From the NCBI GenBank assembly GCA_963782055.1, contig CAWAIF010000003.1:1248001-1312000 (forward strand): DNA of 64,000 nucleotides. Reading direction: 5' to 3'. Below, in pieces: positions 33,794-45,952 of this stretch. Source of the DNA: an uncultured delta proteobacterium (GTDB taxonomy: Bacteria; Myxococcota_A; Polyangia; Polyangiales; Polyangiaceae). The notes beneath the pieces are model-generated. The model saw only the letters and a program-made list of their open reading frames with translations, was not told the origin of the DNA and did not search any database. Within the stretch, counting starts at the first letter, position 1. Each line of letters opens with the position of its first letter. Position numbers and translations under genes: made by a program.

Positions 33794-34987
33794 ATGGCCA
33801 AGCTCTCGAAGTCCATCGTCATCGTCGGCGCCAAGCGCACGGCATTCGGAACCATGCAAGGCACGCTCAAGAGCACGAGCGCCATCGACCTCGCGGTCCA
33901 CGCCGCCAAGGCGGCCGTCGCCCAGGCCGGCATCGCCCTGGATGCCATGGGGCACGTCGTCGTCGGCAACGTGATGCAGACCAGTCCCGACGCCATCTAC
34001 TGCGCGCGCCACGTCGGCCTGAAGGCCGGCCTCCCCGTCACCACCCCCGCGCTCACCGTCAACCGCCTCTGCGGCTCCGGCTTCCAGGCCATCATCACGG
34101 GCGCCGAGCAGATCCTGCTGGGCGAGACCGACGCCGTCCTCGTCGGCGGCACCGAGAACATGACCCAGGCCCCGCACGTCCTGCGCGGCGGGCGCGAGGG
34201 CTGGGCCTTCGGCAAGTCGCCGCAGGTCGAGGACTCCCTCTGGAGCGCCCTCACCGACAGCTATTGCAGCACCCCGATGGCGGTCACCGCGGAGAACCTC
34301 GCCGAGAAGTACGGCATCACCCGGGCGCAGTGCGACGAGTACGCGCTCACCAGCCAGCAGCGCTGGGCCGCCGCCAACGAGAAGGGCTACTTCAAGGACG
34401 AGATCGCCCCGCTGGAGATCAAGACGCGCAAGGGCACCGTGCAGTTCGCGGTGGACGAGCACCCGCGCCCGCAGACCACCCTGGAGATCCTCGGCAAGCT
34501 GGCGCCCGTCTTCAAGAAGGACGGCGTCGTCACCGCGGGCAACGCGTCGGGCATCTGCGATGGCGCCTCCGCCCTCGTCGTCGTCACCGAGGACTTCGCC
34601 AAGAAGAACGGCATGACCCCCCTCGCGCGGATCGTGCAGTGGGGCGTCGCCGGCGTCGAGCCCACCCTCATGGGCATCGGCCCCGCGCCCGCCGTGCAGA
34701 ACGCCCTCACCCGCGCCGGCATGAAGCTCGGCGAGATGGACCTCGTGGAGGTCAACGAGGCCTTCGCCCCGCAGTACCTCGCCGTCGAGAAGGAACTCGG
34801 TCTGGACCGCACCCGCACCAACGTCAACGGCGGCGCGATCGCCCTGGGCCACCCCCTCGGCGCAAGCGGCGCCCGCATCACCACGCATCTGGTCTACGAG
34901 CTGCGCCGTCGCAACGCGCACTACGCCGTTGGCAGCGCCTGCATCGGCGGCGGCCAGGGCCTCGCGATCATCCTCGAGCGCATGTGA
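33794..34987 (+). CDS. Acetyl-CoA C-acyltransferase (thiolase)
   Basis: NRLCGSG, NEAFA, GHPLGASG and CIGGGQG. Confidence 0.95.
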   Translation: MAKLSKSIVIVGAKRTAFGTMQGTLKSTSAIDLAVHAAKAAVAQAGIALDAMGHVVVGNVMQTSPDAIYCARHVGLKAGLPVTTPALTVNRLCGSGFQAIITGAEQILLGETDAVLVGGTENMTQAPHVLRGGREGWAFGKSPQVEDSLWSALTDSYCSTPMAVTAENLAEKYGITRAQCDEYALTSQQRWAAANEKGYFKDEIAPLEIKTRKGTVQFAVDEHPRPQTTLEILGKLAPVFKKDGVVTAGNASGICDGASALVVVTEDFAKKNGMTPLARIVQWGVAGVEPTLMGIGPAPAVQNALTRAGMKLGEMDLVEVNEAFAPQYLAVEKELGLDRTRTNVNGGAIALGHPLGASGARITTHLVYELRRRNAHYAVGSACIGGGQGLAIILERM

Positions 34988-35039
34988 CGCGCTCCTCTGC
35001 GCCTCCCGCGTGCACCGCACGCGGGGGCGCGAGACCTTC

Positions 35040-35297
35040 TCAGGCCTCCGCCAGGAGCTCTCCGCTCGCGTCGCGCCCGGAGAAGATGGACCACTTCACC
35101 GCGTTGCGCATCGCCCCGGCCGCGCCCAGCGCCGCCTGGAAGCTGGGAAACACCCACGAGAGCGTACCCGGCTGCACGTTGTGCCACCCGTAGACCACCA
35201 GCGTCACCTCGCTCAGGATCTTGGCGCGGTCCGCGCTGCGGTACGTGCCCGATTCCAGGGCGTCGGGCTCGGGTTGGATGCTCGGTTCCGGTTCCAT
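35040..35297 (-). CDS. Small hypothetical protein
   Basis: ORF with good codon usage (VTLVVYGWHNVQPGTLSWVFPS). Start could be up to 35366. Confidence 0.55.
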   Translation of the reverse strand: MEPEPSIQPEPDALESGTYRSADRAKILSEVTLVVYGWHNVQPGTLSWVFPSFQAALGAAGAMRNAVKWSIFSGRDASGELLAEA

Positions 35298-35549
35298 GTT
35301 CTGGACGGCTGTGCCGCTCTTGCTCCAGAACCGCCTCGCTCGCTTTCGCATTCCCATGTCCACCACCCGAAACAGGATCGATCGTACTGCGTTCGATCAC
35401 GAGAACACCTCGTGACAAACCCGTGTCCCTCCCCAATAAGCCGATCGCTCGAGTCCACGAAGAGAGCGAGCCCATAGTTAAGCCACTGGCCCATCGACGC
35501 AAGAGCCAGCGCGCACGATCGTGACGATCGCGATGCAGTGCGTAAAACA

Positions 35550-35581
35550 GACTTCCTCTCGGTCGGACTTCCTCTCGGTCG
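35550..35581. repeat. Perfect 16-bp direct repeat in a divergent intergenic region
   Basis: GACTTCCTCTCGGTCG occurs twice in tandem. Confidence 0.85.
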
Positions 35582-35664
35582 AACGCCGCGTGCGCCGCGT
35601 GCGCGGCCGCGCACCACGGTTCGCGAACTTGCAGGGCGTGTGCGATAACCGCGGGTAGGACACC

Positions 35665-37139
<1,475 letters not shown>

Positions 37140-37143
<4 letters not shown>

Positions 37144-38990
37144 CCTCCACCCCCCGCCTCTTCGTGCGTCTGGTGGCGATCGTCGCGCTGGTCGACGTCC
37201 TCACCGCCGCGATCTTCTGGACCTTCGCCCCGCGCTGGCTGCTCCTCGACCCGGCGATCGTCGCCGCGACCGCCGACCTCGCCTGGGCGGTGGTGCTCAT
37301 CGCCTTCGCGACCGAGGCCGCGCTGGTGCTCGTGCTCACCGCGCGCGTGCGGCGTCTGCTGGGCGCCCTGCGAGGCCCGCACGACGACTCCGCCGCCGGA
37401 CCGAAGATCGAGGCCGATCAGGTGCTCCGCCTCTTCGCCGTCCCCTCCCGCATCGCGTACGCGCACCTGGGCGTGGCGCTCGTGCTCGGCGTGGCCACCG
37501 TCACCGACGCCTTCCGCCCCGAGTCGGTGGACTCCTACACGCAGGGGGCGCTGGTGGTCCTCTACCTCACGCTGGTGAGCACCGCCACGCTGCCGCTCTA
37601 CGTCGGTGCCCGCGGCGCGGTGGCGCGCGCGCTGGAGCTCGTGCCCGCGTCGTCGGCGCGTGAGGCGATCGTGGTGCTGCGCGACATCGGCCGCGGGACG
37701 CTGCGCGTGCGCCGCCGCTTCCTCGCGGCGCTCGCCGCCCCCGTCGCGCTGGTCGTCGTGGGCGCGTCGCTGCTCGTCTACGCGCACGCCCGCAGCGCCG
37801 AGACCGCCGCCCGACGCGCCGACGCCCTCGCCGTCGCCGCCGGCGTGCTCGACAGCGTGGACGGCCACACCGAGGGACGCGTCTCCGCCATCCGCGCCGC
37901 GCGCGAGGCCGGCTTCTCCTCCGAGATCGAGACCGGCCCCAGGCTCTCGGCGGTCCCGCCGCCCCAGGACGCCAACGTGGTGGTCGTCCCCCTGGAGGAC
38001 GGCCGCGCCGTCGTGCGCGTCGAGCCGCCCGGCCTCGGGTCGGTCGCACTCGCCCTCGCCGCCCTCGCCGTCTTTGCCGTCGCCCTCGCCGCCCTCTTCG
38101 GCGACCGCATCGGCGCGCTCCTCTCCGACGACGTCAACTACGCGACGCACGAGATCGAGGCCACCGGCGTGGTGGACGTCATCCGGGGCTCTCGCGTCTT
38201 CGAGCGCGCCGCTTTCCAGTCGGTGCGGGGGCTCGCCGCCGCGGTCGACCGCCTCGGCGGCGTCTTCCGCGAGTTCGCCGCGGTGCAGGAGCGCGCCATC
38301 CAGGGCCGCGCGGCCGCCGAGCGCATGCGCGGCCTGCTGCTGGCCACGATGAGCCACGATCTCAAGGGCCCGCTCAACGCCATCCTCGGCTTCGCCGCCC
38401 TGGTGGGACGCGGCAACCTGACCGACGGCCAGCGCGAGAGCCTCGCCATCATCGAGCAGCGTGGCCGCGAGCTACTCTTCCTCATCCAGACCGTCCTGGA
38501 CTCCGCGCGCGTGGAGGCAGGCGAGCTCGAGCTCACGCGCGCCCCGGTGCCCGCGTCCGACGTGGTCCTCGCCGCCGTGCTCGACGCGCGCGAGCTCGCC
38601 GGCACGACGGACCGCCGCGCCATCCAGCCGGAGCTCGAGCCGGGCCTGGGTGACGTGGACGTCGACTCGGTGCGGATCAGCCAGGCCCTCACCGCCACCA
38701 TCCTCGCCGCCCTGCGCATGACCGAGCGCGGTCCGGTCGTGGTGCGCGCGACCCGCGCCGTCTCCGGCGGCCTGCGCGTGCGGGTGGAGGCCTCCGGGGC
38801 GCGTGTGAGCGCGGAGGAAGAGGCCAAGATGTTCGACGCCTTCGCCTCCCCCGCGCTCGCCCGCAAGCACGGCAGCCTCGGGCTCGGCCTCTCCCTGGCC
38901 CGCAGCATCTTCGAGGCGCACGGGGGCCGGCTGGAGGCCGAGAGCGCCAAGAAGGGCCTGCTCTCCCTCTCCGCCGTGGTCCCAGGGTGA
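37140..38990 (+). CDS. Multi-TM histidine kinase with degenerate ATPase domain
   Basis: GTG overlaps the upstream stop. H-box SHDLKGPLNAILG is intact, while the N-box and G1-box residues are replaced. Confidence 0.82.
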
Positions 38991-39030
38991 ACGGCTCGAT
39001 CCGATCTGCTAGCGTTCCCAGCCCGCGTCC

Positions 39031-39795
39031 ATGACCGAGCTCGACCCCACGCGCGCCTACTACGACGAGTTCTCCGCCGCCTACGAGGCGCAGCGGCGCC
39101 CCAACGACCCTGACGGCTACCACGCCCTGGTGGACGATCTGGAGGTGGAGCTCGTCTCCCGCCACGGCACCGGCAAGGACGTGCTGGAGTGCGGGTGCGG
39201 CACCGGCCTCATCCTCGAGCGCGTCTCCCGCTTCGCTCGCAGCGCCCACGGCATCGATCTGTCCCCGCGCATGCTCGACCGCGCGCGCGAGCGCGGCCTC
39301 GAGGTGCAGGAGGGCAGCGTCACCGCGCTCCCCTTCGAGGACGCGCGCTTCGACGTGACCTGCTCCTTCAAGGTGCTCGCGCACGTGGAGGACATCGGCC
39401 GCGCCCTGTCCGAGATGGCGCGCGTCACCCGCCCCGGCGGCGTGATCCTGGCCGAGTTCTACAACCCGCTGAGCTTCCGCGGCGCCCTCAAGCGCTTCGG
39501 CCCCGCCGGCCGCATCTCCCGCTACACCAAGGAGAGCGCGGTCTACACCCGCTTCGACGCGCCGTGGGTGGTGCCGCGCCTGCTGCCCGCCGGCACCCAC
39601 GTCGAGGGGCACTACGGCGTGCGCATCGTCACGCCCGCCGCCGCGGCGCTGCGGGTGTGGGGCCTGCGGTCCGTCCTGCCCCGGGTGGAGCGGCTGCTCG
39701 CCCCGACCCTTGCCGCCTTCCTCGCCGGCTTCTACGTCGCGGTGATCCGCAAAGCTCCCTCAGCCTCTCCCTCGCGAGAGGGTGCCGGCGGCTGA
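39031..39795 (+). CDS. Class I SAM-dependent methyltransferase
   Basis: VLECGCGTG, GIDLSPRML, LPFEDARFD and RVTRPGG. Confidence 0.9.
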   Translation: MTELDPTRAYYDEFSAAYEAQRRPNDPDGYHALVDDLEVELVSRHGTGKDVLECGCGTGLILERVSRFARSAHGIDLSPRMLDRARERGLEVQEGSVTALPFEDARFDVTCSFKVLAHVEDIGRALSEMARVTRPGGVILAEFYNPLSFRGALKRFGPAGRISRYTKESAVYTRFDAPWVVPRLLPAGTHVEGHYGVRIVTPAAAALRVWGLRSVLPRVERLLAPTLAAFLAGFYVAVIRKAPSASPSREGAGG

Positions 39796-39857
39796 GGTAT
39801 TTCCACCCCCTTTCAACGCCTTCGCCCCCCTCGCGCGTCTATACTTCGAGCCAGCCC

Positions 39858-42800
39858 ATGCGTCCTCGCCTCCGCGAACAGATCATCAAAGTCGGCGCTC
39901 TTCTGGGCGCGTTCGTCATCGCCAGCGTCCTGGCGCTCCGCCTGCACGGCGGCGGCCTCTGGCGGGGCCTCGCCCCGGCGAGCGCCGCCAGCGTGGCAGG
40001 GGAGAGCACCCCCTACGACCTCACCCAGCTCAAGGTCGTCAACGAGGTGCTGCGCATCATCCGCGACAAGTACGTCGACCCCAAGCGCGTCAAGCCGAAG
40101 GACATGCTCCTGTCGGCGCTCAACTTCGTCCAGCGCGACGTGGCCCAGATCATCGTCCTTCACGACGAGGGCGCGGCGACGGTGAAGGTCCGCGTGGACA
40201 CGCAGGAGAAGGAGTTCCGCGTCGACAACGTGCAGGGCCCCTGGGACGTCTCCGCGCGCCTGCGCGAGATCTTCGCCTTCGTGCAGGACAACCTGCGCGG
40301 CACCGACGTGGACCTGCGCGAGGTCGAGTACGCCGCCTGCAACGGCATGCTCCACACGCTGGACCCGCACAGCGTGCTGCTCTCGCCGGAGGCCTACAAG
40401 GACATGAACCTGTCGACGAGCGGCCAGTTCGGCGGCCTCGGCATCGTCATCTCCATCCGCGACCAGCAGCTCACCGTCATCAAGCCGATGCCCGACACGC
40501 CCGCCTCCCGCGCGGGCCTCCACAAGCTGGATCGCATCGTCAAGATCAACAGCGAGTCCACGCTGAACATGGGCCTCAACGAGGCCGTCAACCACCTGCG
40601 TGGAACGCCGGACTCCAAGGTCACCATCTGGATCCACCGCGACGGCCCGGAGGGCTGGGCCGGCTCGCGGCCCTTCGAGCTGAAGCGCGAGGTCATCCAC
40701 GTGGCGAGCGTGGAGCACAAGCGGCTGGACGGCGACATCGGCTACATCCGCATCAAGCAGTTCCAGGCCAACACCGCGAGCGAGCTGGACAGCGCCCTCA
40801 CCGACCTCAAGCACGGTGGCGCCATCAAGGGCCTGGTGCTGGACCTGCGCGGCAACCCCGGCGGTCTCCTGGAGCAGGCGGTCAAGGTGGCCGACAAGTT
40901 CATCGCCTCCGGGCCCATCGTCGCCACCGTCGGCAACAGCGAGGGCCGCGACGAGAAGGTCGCGCACCAGGACGGCACCGAGCCGAACTACCCCATCGCC
41001 ATGCTGGTCAGCGGCAACTCGGCGAGCGCCAGCGAGATCGTCTCCGGCGCGATGAAGAACCACGACCGCGCGGTGCTCATCGGACAGACCACCTTCGGCA
41101 AGGGCTCGGTGCAGCTCGTCTTCAACGAGATGCCCGACAAGGCCGCCCTCAAGCTCACCATCGCCCAGTACCTGACGGAGCCGGGCGACATCTCCATCCA
41201 GGGCACCGGCGTCACGCCGGACATCGAGCTCGACCCGATGACCGTCGACCCGCTGGAGATGGACCTCGCCGTCGACTCCAGCGGCATCAAGGAGCGCGAC
41301 CTCTCCCGCAGCCTCTCCAACGCCCGCGCGCGCGAGGGCCAGCACGCCGAGGAGACGCTCCGCTACAATCTCCCGCAGAAGGAGCGTGACGCCCTCCGCG
41401 AGACCGGCGGCGACCCGGACGAGAACTTCCAGATGGACTTCCCCATCAAGTTCGCCCACGACTTCGTCGCCAAGGTGCCGCCCGGCATGCGCCTGGATCA
41501 GGTGCACGCCGCCAAGCAGCTCATCGCCGACACCCGCGTGGCCGAGCTGGCGAAGGTCGCCGCCGACCTGCAGAAGCTCGGCGTCGACTGGAGCGCCCCC
41601 GCTGCGTCGGAGGCCAAGCCCACCGCCGCCCCCCCGCTCGAGGTGAAGGTGGACACCGATCGCCAGGGCAACGAGGTCACCGCCGGCGAGCCGATGTCCC
41701 TCAAGATCAGCGTCACCAACAAGGGCACCGTCCCGCTCTATCGCGTCTACGCGACCACCAAGAGCGACGACGGCTACTTCGACGCGAAGGAGCTCGTCCT
41801 CGGGAAGCTGGAGCCGGGCAAGACGCGCACCGCCGTCGCCCCGCTCGGCTGGTGCGACGTCGACGGCCGCAAGGTGGGCTCGACGGCCCCGCTCCCCAAG
41901 GATGCCCCGCGCGTCTGCAAGATCCCGCGCGACGCCCTCACCCGCGCCGATGGCATCAAGCTCCACTTCGCCGACGCCCGCGACCTCGCCATCCCCGACG
42001 TGGAGGCGCGCGCCTCCATCAAGGCGCTCGAGCGGCCGACCTTCGCCTACAGCTACGAGATCGTCGACAACCGCAAGGGCAACGGGGATGGCCGCCTGCA
42101 GAAGGGCGAAGAGCTCACGATGTACATGACGGTGCGCAACACCGGCAAGGGCCGCAGCTTCGACGCCCAGGCCAACCTGCGCAACCTCTCCGGCGACGGC
42201 CTGCTCCTCCGCGACGGCCGCTTCAACGACGTCTCCAACATGAACCCGGGCGACGAGCGTCGCTTCGCCTTCACCTTCGACGTGCGCCCCACCCTCCACG
42301 ACCCGGAGGCCAAGGTGGAGCTCTCCATCGTCGACAAGGACCTGCGCGAGTCGGTCGTGGAGAAGGTGCACATCCCGGTCGCGCCGCCCGCCGTCATCAG
42401 CCCCGCCTCCGGCGTGATGAAGGCCGGCGCCCAGGGCGCGGCCCTCCTCAACTCACCGGACCTCGGCGTCCGCGCCTTCGGCCGCCTGCCCGCGGGCACC
42501 GCGGTCAAGCTCCTCGGCGAGAGCGGCGACTACGACAAGATCTCGCTGGGTGGCACGCGCTTCGCGTTCGTCAAGCGGGCCGAGCTGGCGAAGGGCGGCG
42601 GCGCCCCGGGCACCGTGGCCTTCCAGGACCTGATGCTCCACGCGCCCCCGGCGATCGAGCTGACGCCTCCCGCCCTGGCCACGCGCGACAACCACATCGT
42701 CATCAAGGGCACCGCCAGCGACGGCGACAAGCTCCTCGACGCCTACGTCTTCGTGGGCGCGCGCAAGGTCTTCTACCGCTCCAACCGCGCCGGCACCGAC

Positions 42801-42998
42801 CCGAAGAAGATGTCCTTCGAGGCGGACCTGCCGCTCCGCGCCGGCACCAACATCGTGAGCGTCTGGGCGCGCGAGAACCCGGACACCACCAGCCACAAGG
42901 TCTTCGTCATCCGCAAGGATGGTCCCCACGGCGAGCTGCTGCCGACGCCCAAGACCGAGGACGACCTCGCCGAGAACGCCTCCTCCGGCGGGGAGTAG
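39858..42998 (+). CDS. Large S41 carboxyl-terminal protease (MXAN_5808-like)
   Basis: LDPHS, PDZ domain (FGGLGIVI), LDLRGNPGG, SASASEI, TFGKGSVQ and a long C-terminal extension. Confidence 0.9.
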   Translation: MRPRLREQIIKVGALLGAFVIASVLALRLHGGGLWRGLAPASAASVAGESTPYDLTQLKVVNEVLRIIRDKYVDPKRVKPKDMLLSALNFVQRDVAQIIVLHDEGAATVKVRVDTQEKEFRVDNVQGPWDVSARLREIFAFVQDNLRGTDVDLREVEYAACNGMLHTLDPHSVLLSPEAYKDMNLSTSGQFGGLGIVISIRDQQLTVIKPMPDTPASRAGLHKLDRIVKINSESTLNMGLNEAVNHLRGTPDSKVTIWIHRDGPEGWAGSRPFELKREVIHVASVEHKRLDGDIGYIRIKQFQANTASELDSALTDLKHGGAIKGLVLDLRGNPGGLLEQAVKVADKFIASGPIVATVGNSEGRDEKVAHQDGTEPNYPIAMLVSGNSASASEIVSGAMKNHDRAVLIGQTTFGKGSVQLVFNEMPDKAALKLTIAQYLTEPGDISIQGTGVTPDIELDPMTVDPLEMDLAVDSSGIKERDLSRSLSNARAREGQHAEETLRYNLPQKERDALRETGGDPDENFQMDFPIKFAHDFVAKVPPGMRLDQVHAAKQLIADTRVAELAKVAADLQKLGVDWSAPAASEAKPTAAPPLEVKVDTDRQGNEVTAGEPMSLKISVTNKGTVPLYRVYATTKSDDGYFDAKELVLGKLEPGKTRTAVAPLGWCDVDGRKVGSTAPLPKDAPRVCKIPRDALTRADGIKLHFADARDLAIPDVEARASIKALERPTFAYSYEIVDNRKGNGDGRLQKGEELTMYMTVRNTGKGRSFDAQANLRNLSGDGLLLRDGRFNDVSNMNPGDERRFAFTFDVRPTLHDPEAKVELSIVDKDLRESVVEKVHIPVAPPAVISPASGVMKAGAQGAALLNSPDLGVRAFGRLPAGTAVKLLGESGDYDKISLGGTRFAFVKRAELAKGGGAPGTVAFQDLMLHAPPAIELTPPALATRDNHIVIKGTASDGDKLLDAYVFVGARKVFYRSNRAGTDPKKMSFEADLPLRAGTNIVSVWARENPDTTSHKVFVIRKDGPHGELLPTPKTEDDLAENASSGGE

Positions 42999-43008
42999 CC
43001 GCTTGCCC

Positions 43009-43722
43009 ATGCGACTGCACGTCAACGTCGACCACGTCGCGACGCTGCGTAACGCGCGCGGCACCCCCTACCCGGACCCGGTCGAGATCGCGGGCATCTG
43101 CCTCGAGGCCGGCGCCGATGGCATCACCGCGCACCTGCGTGAGGACCGCCGCCACGTCAAGGACGACGACCTGCGGCGGCTGCGCGCGCTGGTGAAGAAG
43201 ACCCTCAACATGGAGTGCGCGGCCACCGACGAGATGGTCCGCATCGCGCGAGATCTCCACCCCGACGTCGCCACCCTGGTGCCCGAGCGCCGCGAGGAGC
43301 GCACGACGGAGGGTGGGCTGGACGTGCGCGGCGGCGGCGCCGCGCTCGCCGCGCGCGTCGGCGCCCTGCGCGACGCCGGCGTCCGCGTGAGCCTCTTCAT
43401 CGCCCCCGACGAGGACACCATCCGCGCTTCGAAGAACCTCGGCGTCGCCCAGGTGGAGCTCCACACCGGCGAGTACGCCCACGCCTTCGGCGGCGCCTCG
43501 CAGGAGGCGGAGCTCCGTCGCCTCGCCGAAGGCGCGCGCCTCGCCCGCGAGCTCGGGATGGAGGTCGCCGCCGGCCACGGCCTCACCCTCGCCAACGTCC
43601 CGGCGCTGGTGCGCATCGCGGAGATCGTCGAGCTGAACATCGGCCACGCGATGATCTCCGACGCCCTCTTTCTCTCCATGGCGGGCGCGGTGCAGGCCAT
43701 GCGCCAGGCCATGACGCGCTGA
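43009..43722 (+). CDS. pdxJ: Pyridoxine 5'-phosphate synthase
   Basis: VNVDHVATLRNAR, HLREDRRH, TTEGGLD, ELHTG, AGHGL and ELNIGH. Confidence 0.97.
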   Translation: MRLHVNVDHVATLRNARGTPYPDPVEIAGICLEAGADGITAHLREDRRHVKDDDLRRLRALVKKTLNMECAATDEMVRIARDLHPDVATLVPERREERTTEGGLDVRGGGAALAARVGALRDAGVRVSLFIAPDEDTIRASKNLGVAQVELHTGEYAHAFGGASQEAELRRLAEGARLARELGMEVAAGHGLTLANVPALVRIAEIVELNIGHAMISDALFLSMAGAVQAMRQAMTR

Positions 43723-43791
43723 CCGCGCGCGCTGCCCCGCGCAAGATCCTCGCAGGCCGCACCCTCCCGCGGTGGTGCTACGCTCGCGCTC

Positions 43792-44163
43792 GTGATCGTC
43801 GGCATCGGTCTGGACGTCTGCTCCATCGAGCGCATGCGCCGCGCGCTGGAGCGCCACGGCGAGCGCTTCTACGGCCGCATCTGCAGCGCGGACGAGCGCG
43901 CCGACCTCGCCGGTCGCGACGAGGCCACCGCCCTCGCCGGCCGCTTCGCGGCGAAAGAGGCCTTCGCCAAGGCGATGGACGGCGCCCCCGGCGTCGGCTG
44001 GCACGAGGTGCAGGTGCGCCGCCTGGAGTCCGGGCGCCCGCGCCTCGACCTGCACGGCAACGCCCTCGCCATGGCCACGCGCCTGGGCGCGTCGCGCTGG
44101 CACCTCACCATCACCCACGACGCGGGCATCGCCGCCGCCGTCGTCATCCTGGAGGGCGCGTGA
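43792..44163 (+). CDS. acpS: Holo-[ACP] synthase
   Basis: GIGLD, AGRFAAKEAFAKA and ITHD. Confidence 0.95.
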   Translation: MIVGIGLDVCSIERMRRALERHGERFYGRICSADERADLAGRDEATALAGRFAAKEAFAKAMDGAPGVGWHEVQVRRLESGRPRLDLHGNALAMATRLGASRWHLTITHDAGIAAAVVILEGA

Positions 44164-45707
44164 TCCCCGTGCTCTCGCGCGAGCAGGCCCGCGCCTTCGA
44201 CGCCGAGGCCATCGAGAAGTGCGGCGTGCCGGGCCTCCTGCTGATGGAGAACGCCGGGCGCGGCGCCGCCGACGTCCTGGAGCGCGAGCTGCTCGGCGGC
44301 AGCTTGGCGGGCAAGCGCGTGCTCGTCGTGTGCGGTACCGGCAACAACGGCGGCGACGGCTTCGTCATCGCGCGCCACGCCCTGCTGCGCGGCGCGGTCG
44401 TCGACGTGCGCCTCGTCGGCGACGAGTCCCGCCTCTCCCCCGACGCCGCCACCAACGCCACCGCCTGGCGCGCCTTCGGCGGCGCGGTGCGCGCGGTCAC
44501 CGAAGCCGACGCCGACGCCCTCGGCGAGGACGCCCGGGACGCCGACGCGGTGGTGGACGCCCTCTTCGGCACCGGCCTCGACCGCCCGCTGCACGGCGTC
44601 CCGCTCGCGGTGGTGCGCGCCCTGCAGTCCCCCGGCGCGCCGGTCCTCGCCGTCGACATCCCCTCCGGCCTCCACGCCGACACCGGCGCCGTGCTGGGCG
44701 CCGTCGTCCACGCCGCGTGCACCGTCACCTTCGCGCACTACAAGCGCGGCCTGCTCACCCCCGCCGGCGCCACGTGCACCGGCGACGTCTTCGTCGTCGA
44801 CATCGGCGTCCCCGGGTGGCTCGTCGAGCGCAGCGGCCACGCCGCCTCGCTGCTCGAGCCCGCGGACATCGCCGGCTGGCTCACGCCCCGCGCCGCCGAC
44901 GCGCACAAGTACGCCGCCGGCCACGTCGGCGTCCTCGCGGGCTCGTCGGGGAAGGTGGGCGCCTCGGTGATGGTCGCCCACGCCGCCCTGCGCGCCGGCG
45001 CGGGCGCCGCCACCATCTGCACGTGGCCCACCGCCGCGAGCAGCCTGGAGGCGCGCGTGGTGGAGATCATGACCGCTCGCCTGGACGAGGCGCGCCTGCC
45101 GGAGAGCGTGGCGGAGTTCGCCGCCCGCAAGCCCGCGATGGTCGCCGGCCCCGGCTTCGGCACCGGCGATCGCGCGCGAGAGGCGGTGCTCGCGCTGCTC
45201 CTCGGCTACGACGGACCCCTCGTCCTCGACGCCGACGCCCTCTCGCTCTTCGCCGGCGCCGCGAGCGAGCTGGCGAGCGCCAGGGCGAAGCTCGTCCTCA
45301 CCCCGCACGCGGGGGAGGCGGCGCGCCTGCTCGCGACCACCTCCGAGGAGGTGGAGGCCGACCGGTTCGCCGCCGCGCACAACCTCGCCTCCGCGGCGAA
45401 GGCCGTGGTGGTGCTCAAGGGCGCGCGCACGCTCGTCACCGCGCCGGACGGACGCGTGGCGATCGTCCCGACCGGCAATCCGGCGCTGGCGACCGCGGGC
45501 GCGGGGGACGTCCTCTCCGGCACCGTCGCCGCGCTTGCATGCACCATGCAGCCGTTCGAGGCGGCGTGCGCCGGCGCCTACGTCCACGGCGCCGCGGCGG
45601 ACGCGTGGGCCGCCGCCGGCCCCGCCCCCCGCGACCGCGGTCTGCTCGCCTCGGAGGTCGCCGACCGCGTCCCGGACGTCCTGGCCGGACTCCTGGCCGG
45701 CGCCTGA
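44160..45707 (+). CDS. nnr: Bifunctional NAD(P)H-hydrate epimerase/dehydratase (YjeF)
   Basis: LMENAG, GNNGGDG, DALFGTG, DIPSG, LTPHAGE and ATAGAGDVLSG. Confidence 0.95.
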   Translation: MIPVLSREQARAFDAEAIEKCGVPGLLLMENAGRGAADVLERELLGGSLAGKRVLVVCGTGNNGGDGFVIARHALLRGAVVDVRLVGDESRLSPDAATNATAWRAFGGAVRAVTEADADALGEDARDADAVVDALFGTGLDRPLHGVPLAVVRALQSPGAPVLAVDIPSGLHADTGAVLGAVVHAACTVTFAHYKRGLLTPAGATCTGDVFVVDIGVPGWLVERSGHAASLLEPADIAGWLTPRAADAHKYAAGHVGVLAGSSGKVGASVMVAHAALRAGAGAATICTWPTAASSLEARVVEIMTARLDEARLPESVAEFAARKPAMVAGPGFGTGDRAREAVLALLLGYDGPLVLDADALSLFAGAASELASARAKLVLTPHAGEAARLLATTSEEVEADRFAAAHNLASAAKAVVVLKGARTLVTAPDGRVAIVPTGNPALATAGAGDVLSGTVAALACTMQPFEAACAGAYVHGAAADAWAAAGPAPRDRGLLASEVADRVPDVLAGLLAGA

Positions 45708-45911
45708 GGTCGGGGCGGAGGCCGACCGACAGCCCGGTGGGCGTGGACGGAGGTCGGGCATCGCCTCCGGCCCGTCGACGCCCTCGTCGGACTGCGAGCA
45801 TGCTTGCGCTCCGACGCCCGGGTGTCTCCTCCCGCCCACGCCCAGCGGGAGAGCGGACACGAGCTCCCGCACCGAGCCCAATGATTTCAACTGGTTGTGT
45901 GCGCGCGAGCC

Positions 45912-45927
45912 CGGCACTCCCTGTGCT
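45912..45927 (+). promoter_or_regulatory. sigma54-like promoter of the ECF sigma gene
   Basis: CGGCACTCCCTGTGCT, GG-N10-GC, preceded by an AT-rich tract (ATGATTTCAACTGGTT). Confidence 0.5.
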
Positions 45928-45952
45928 CTACCCCACCGCGGAGGTTCACCGG

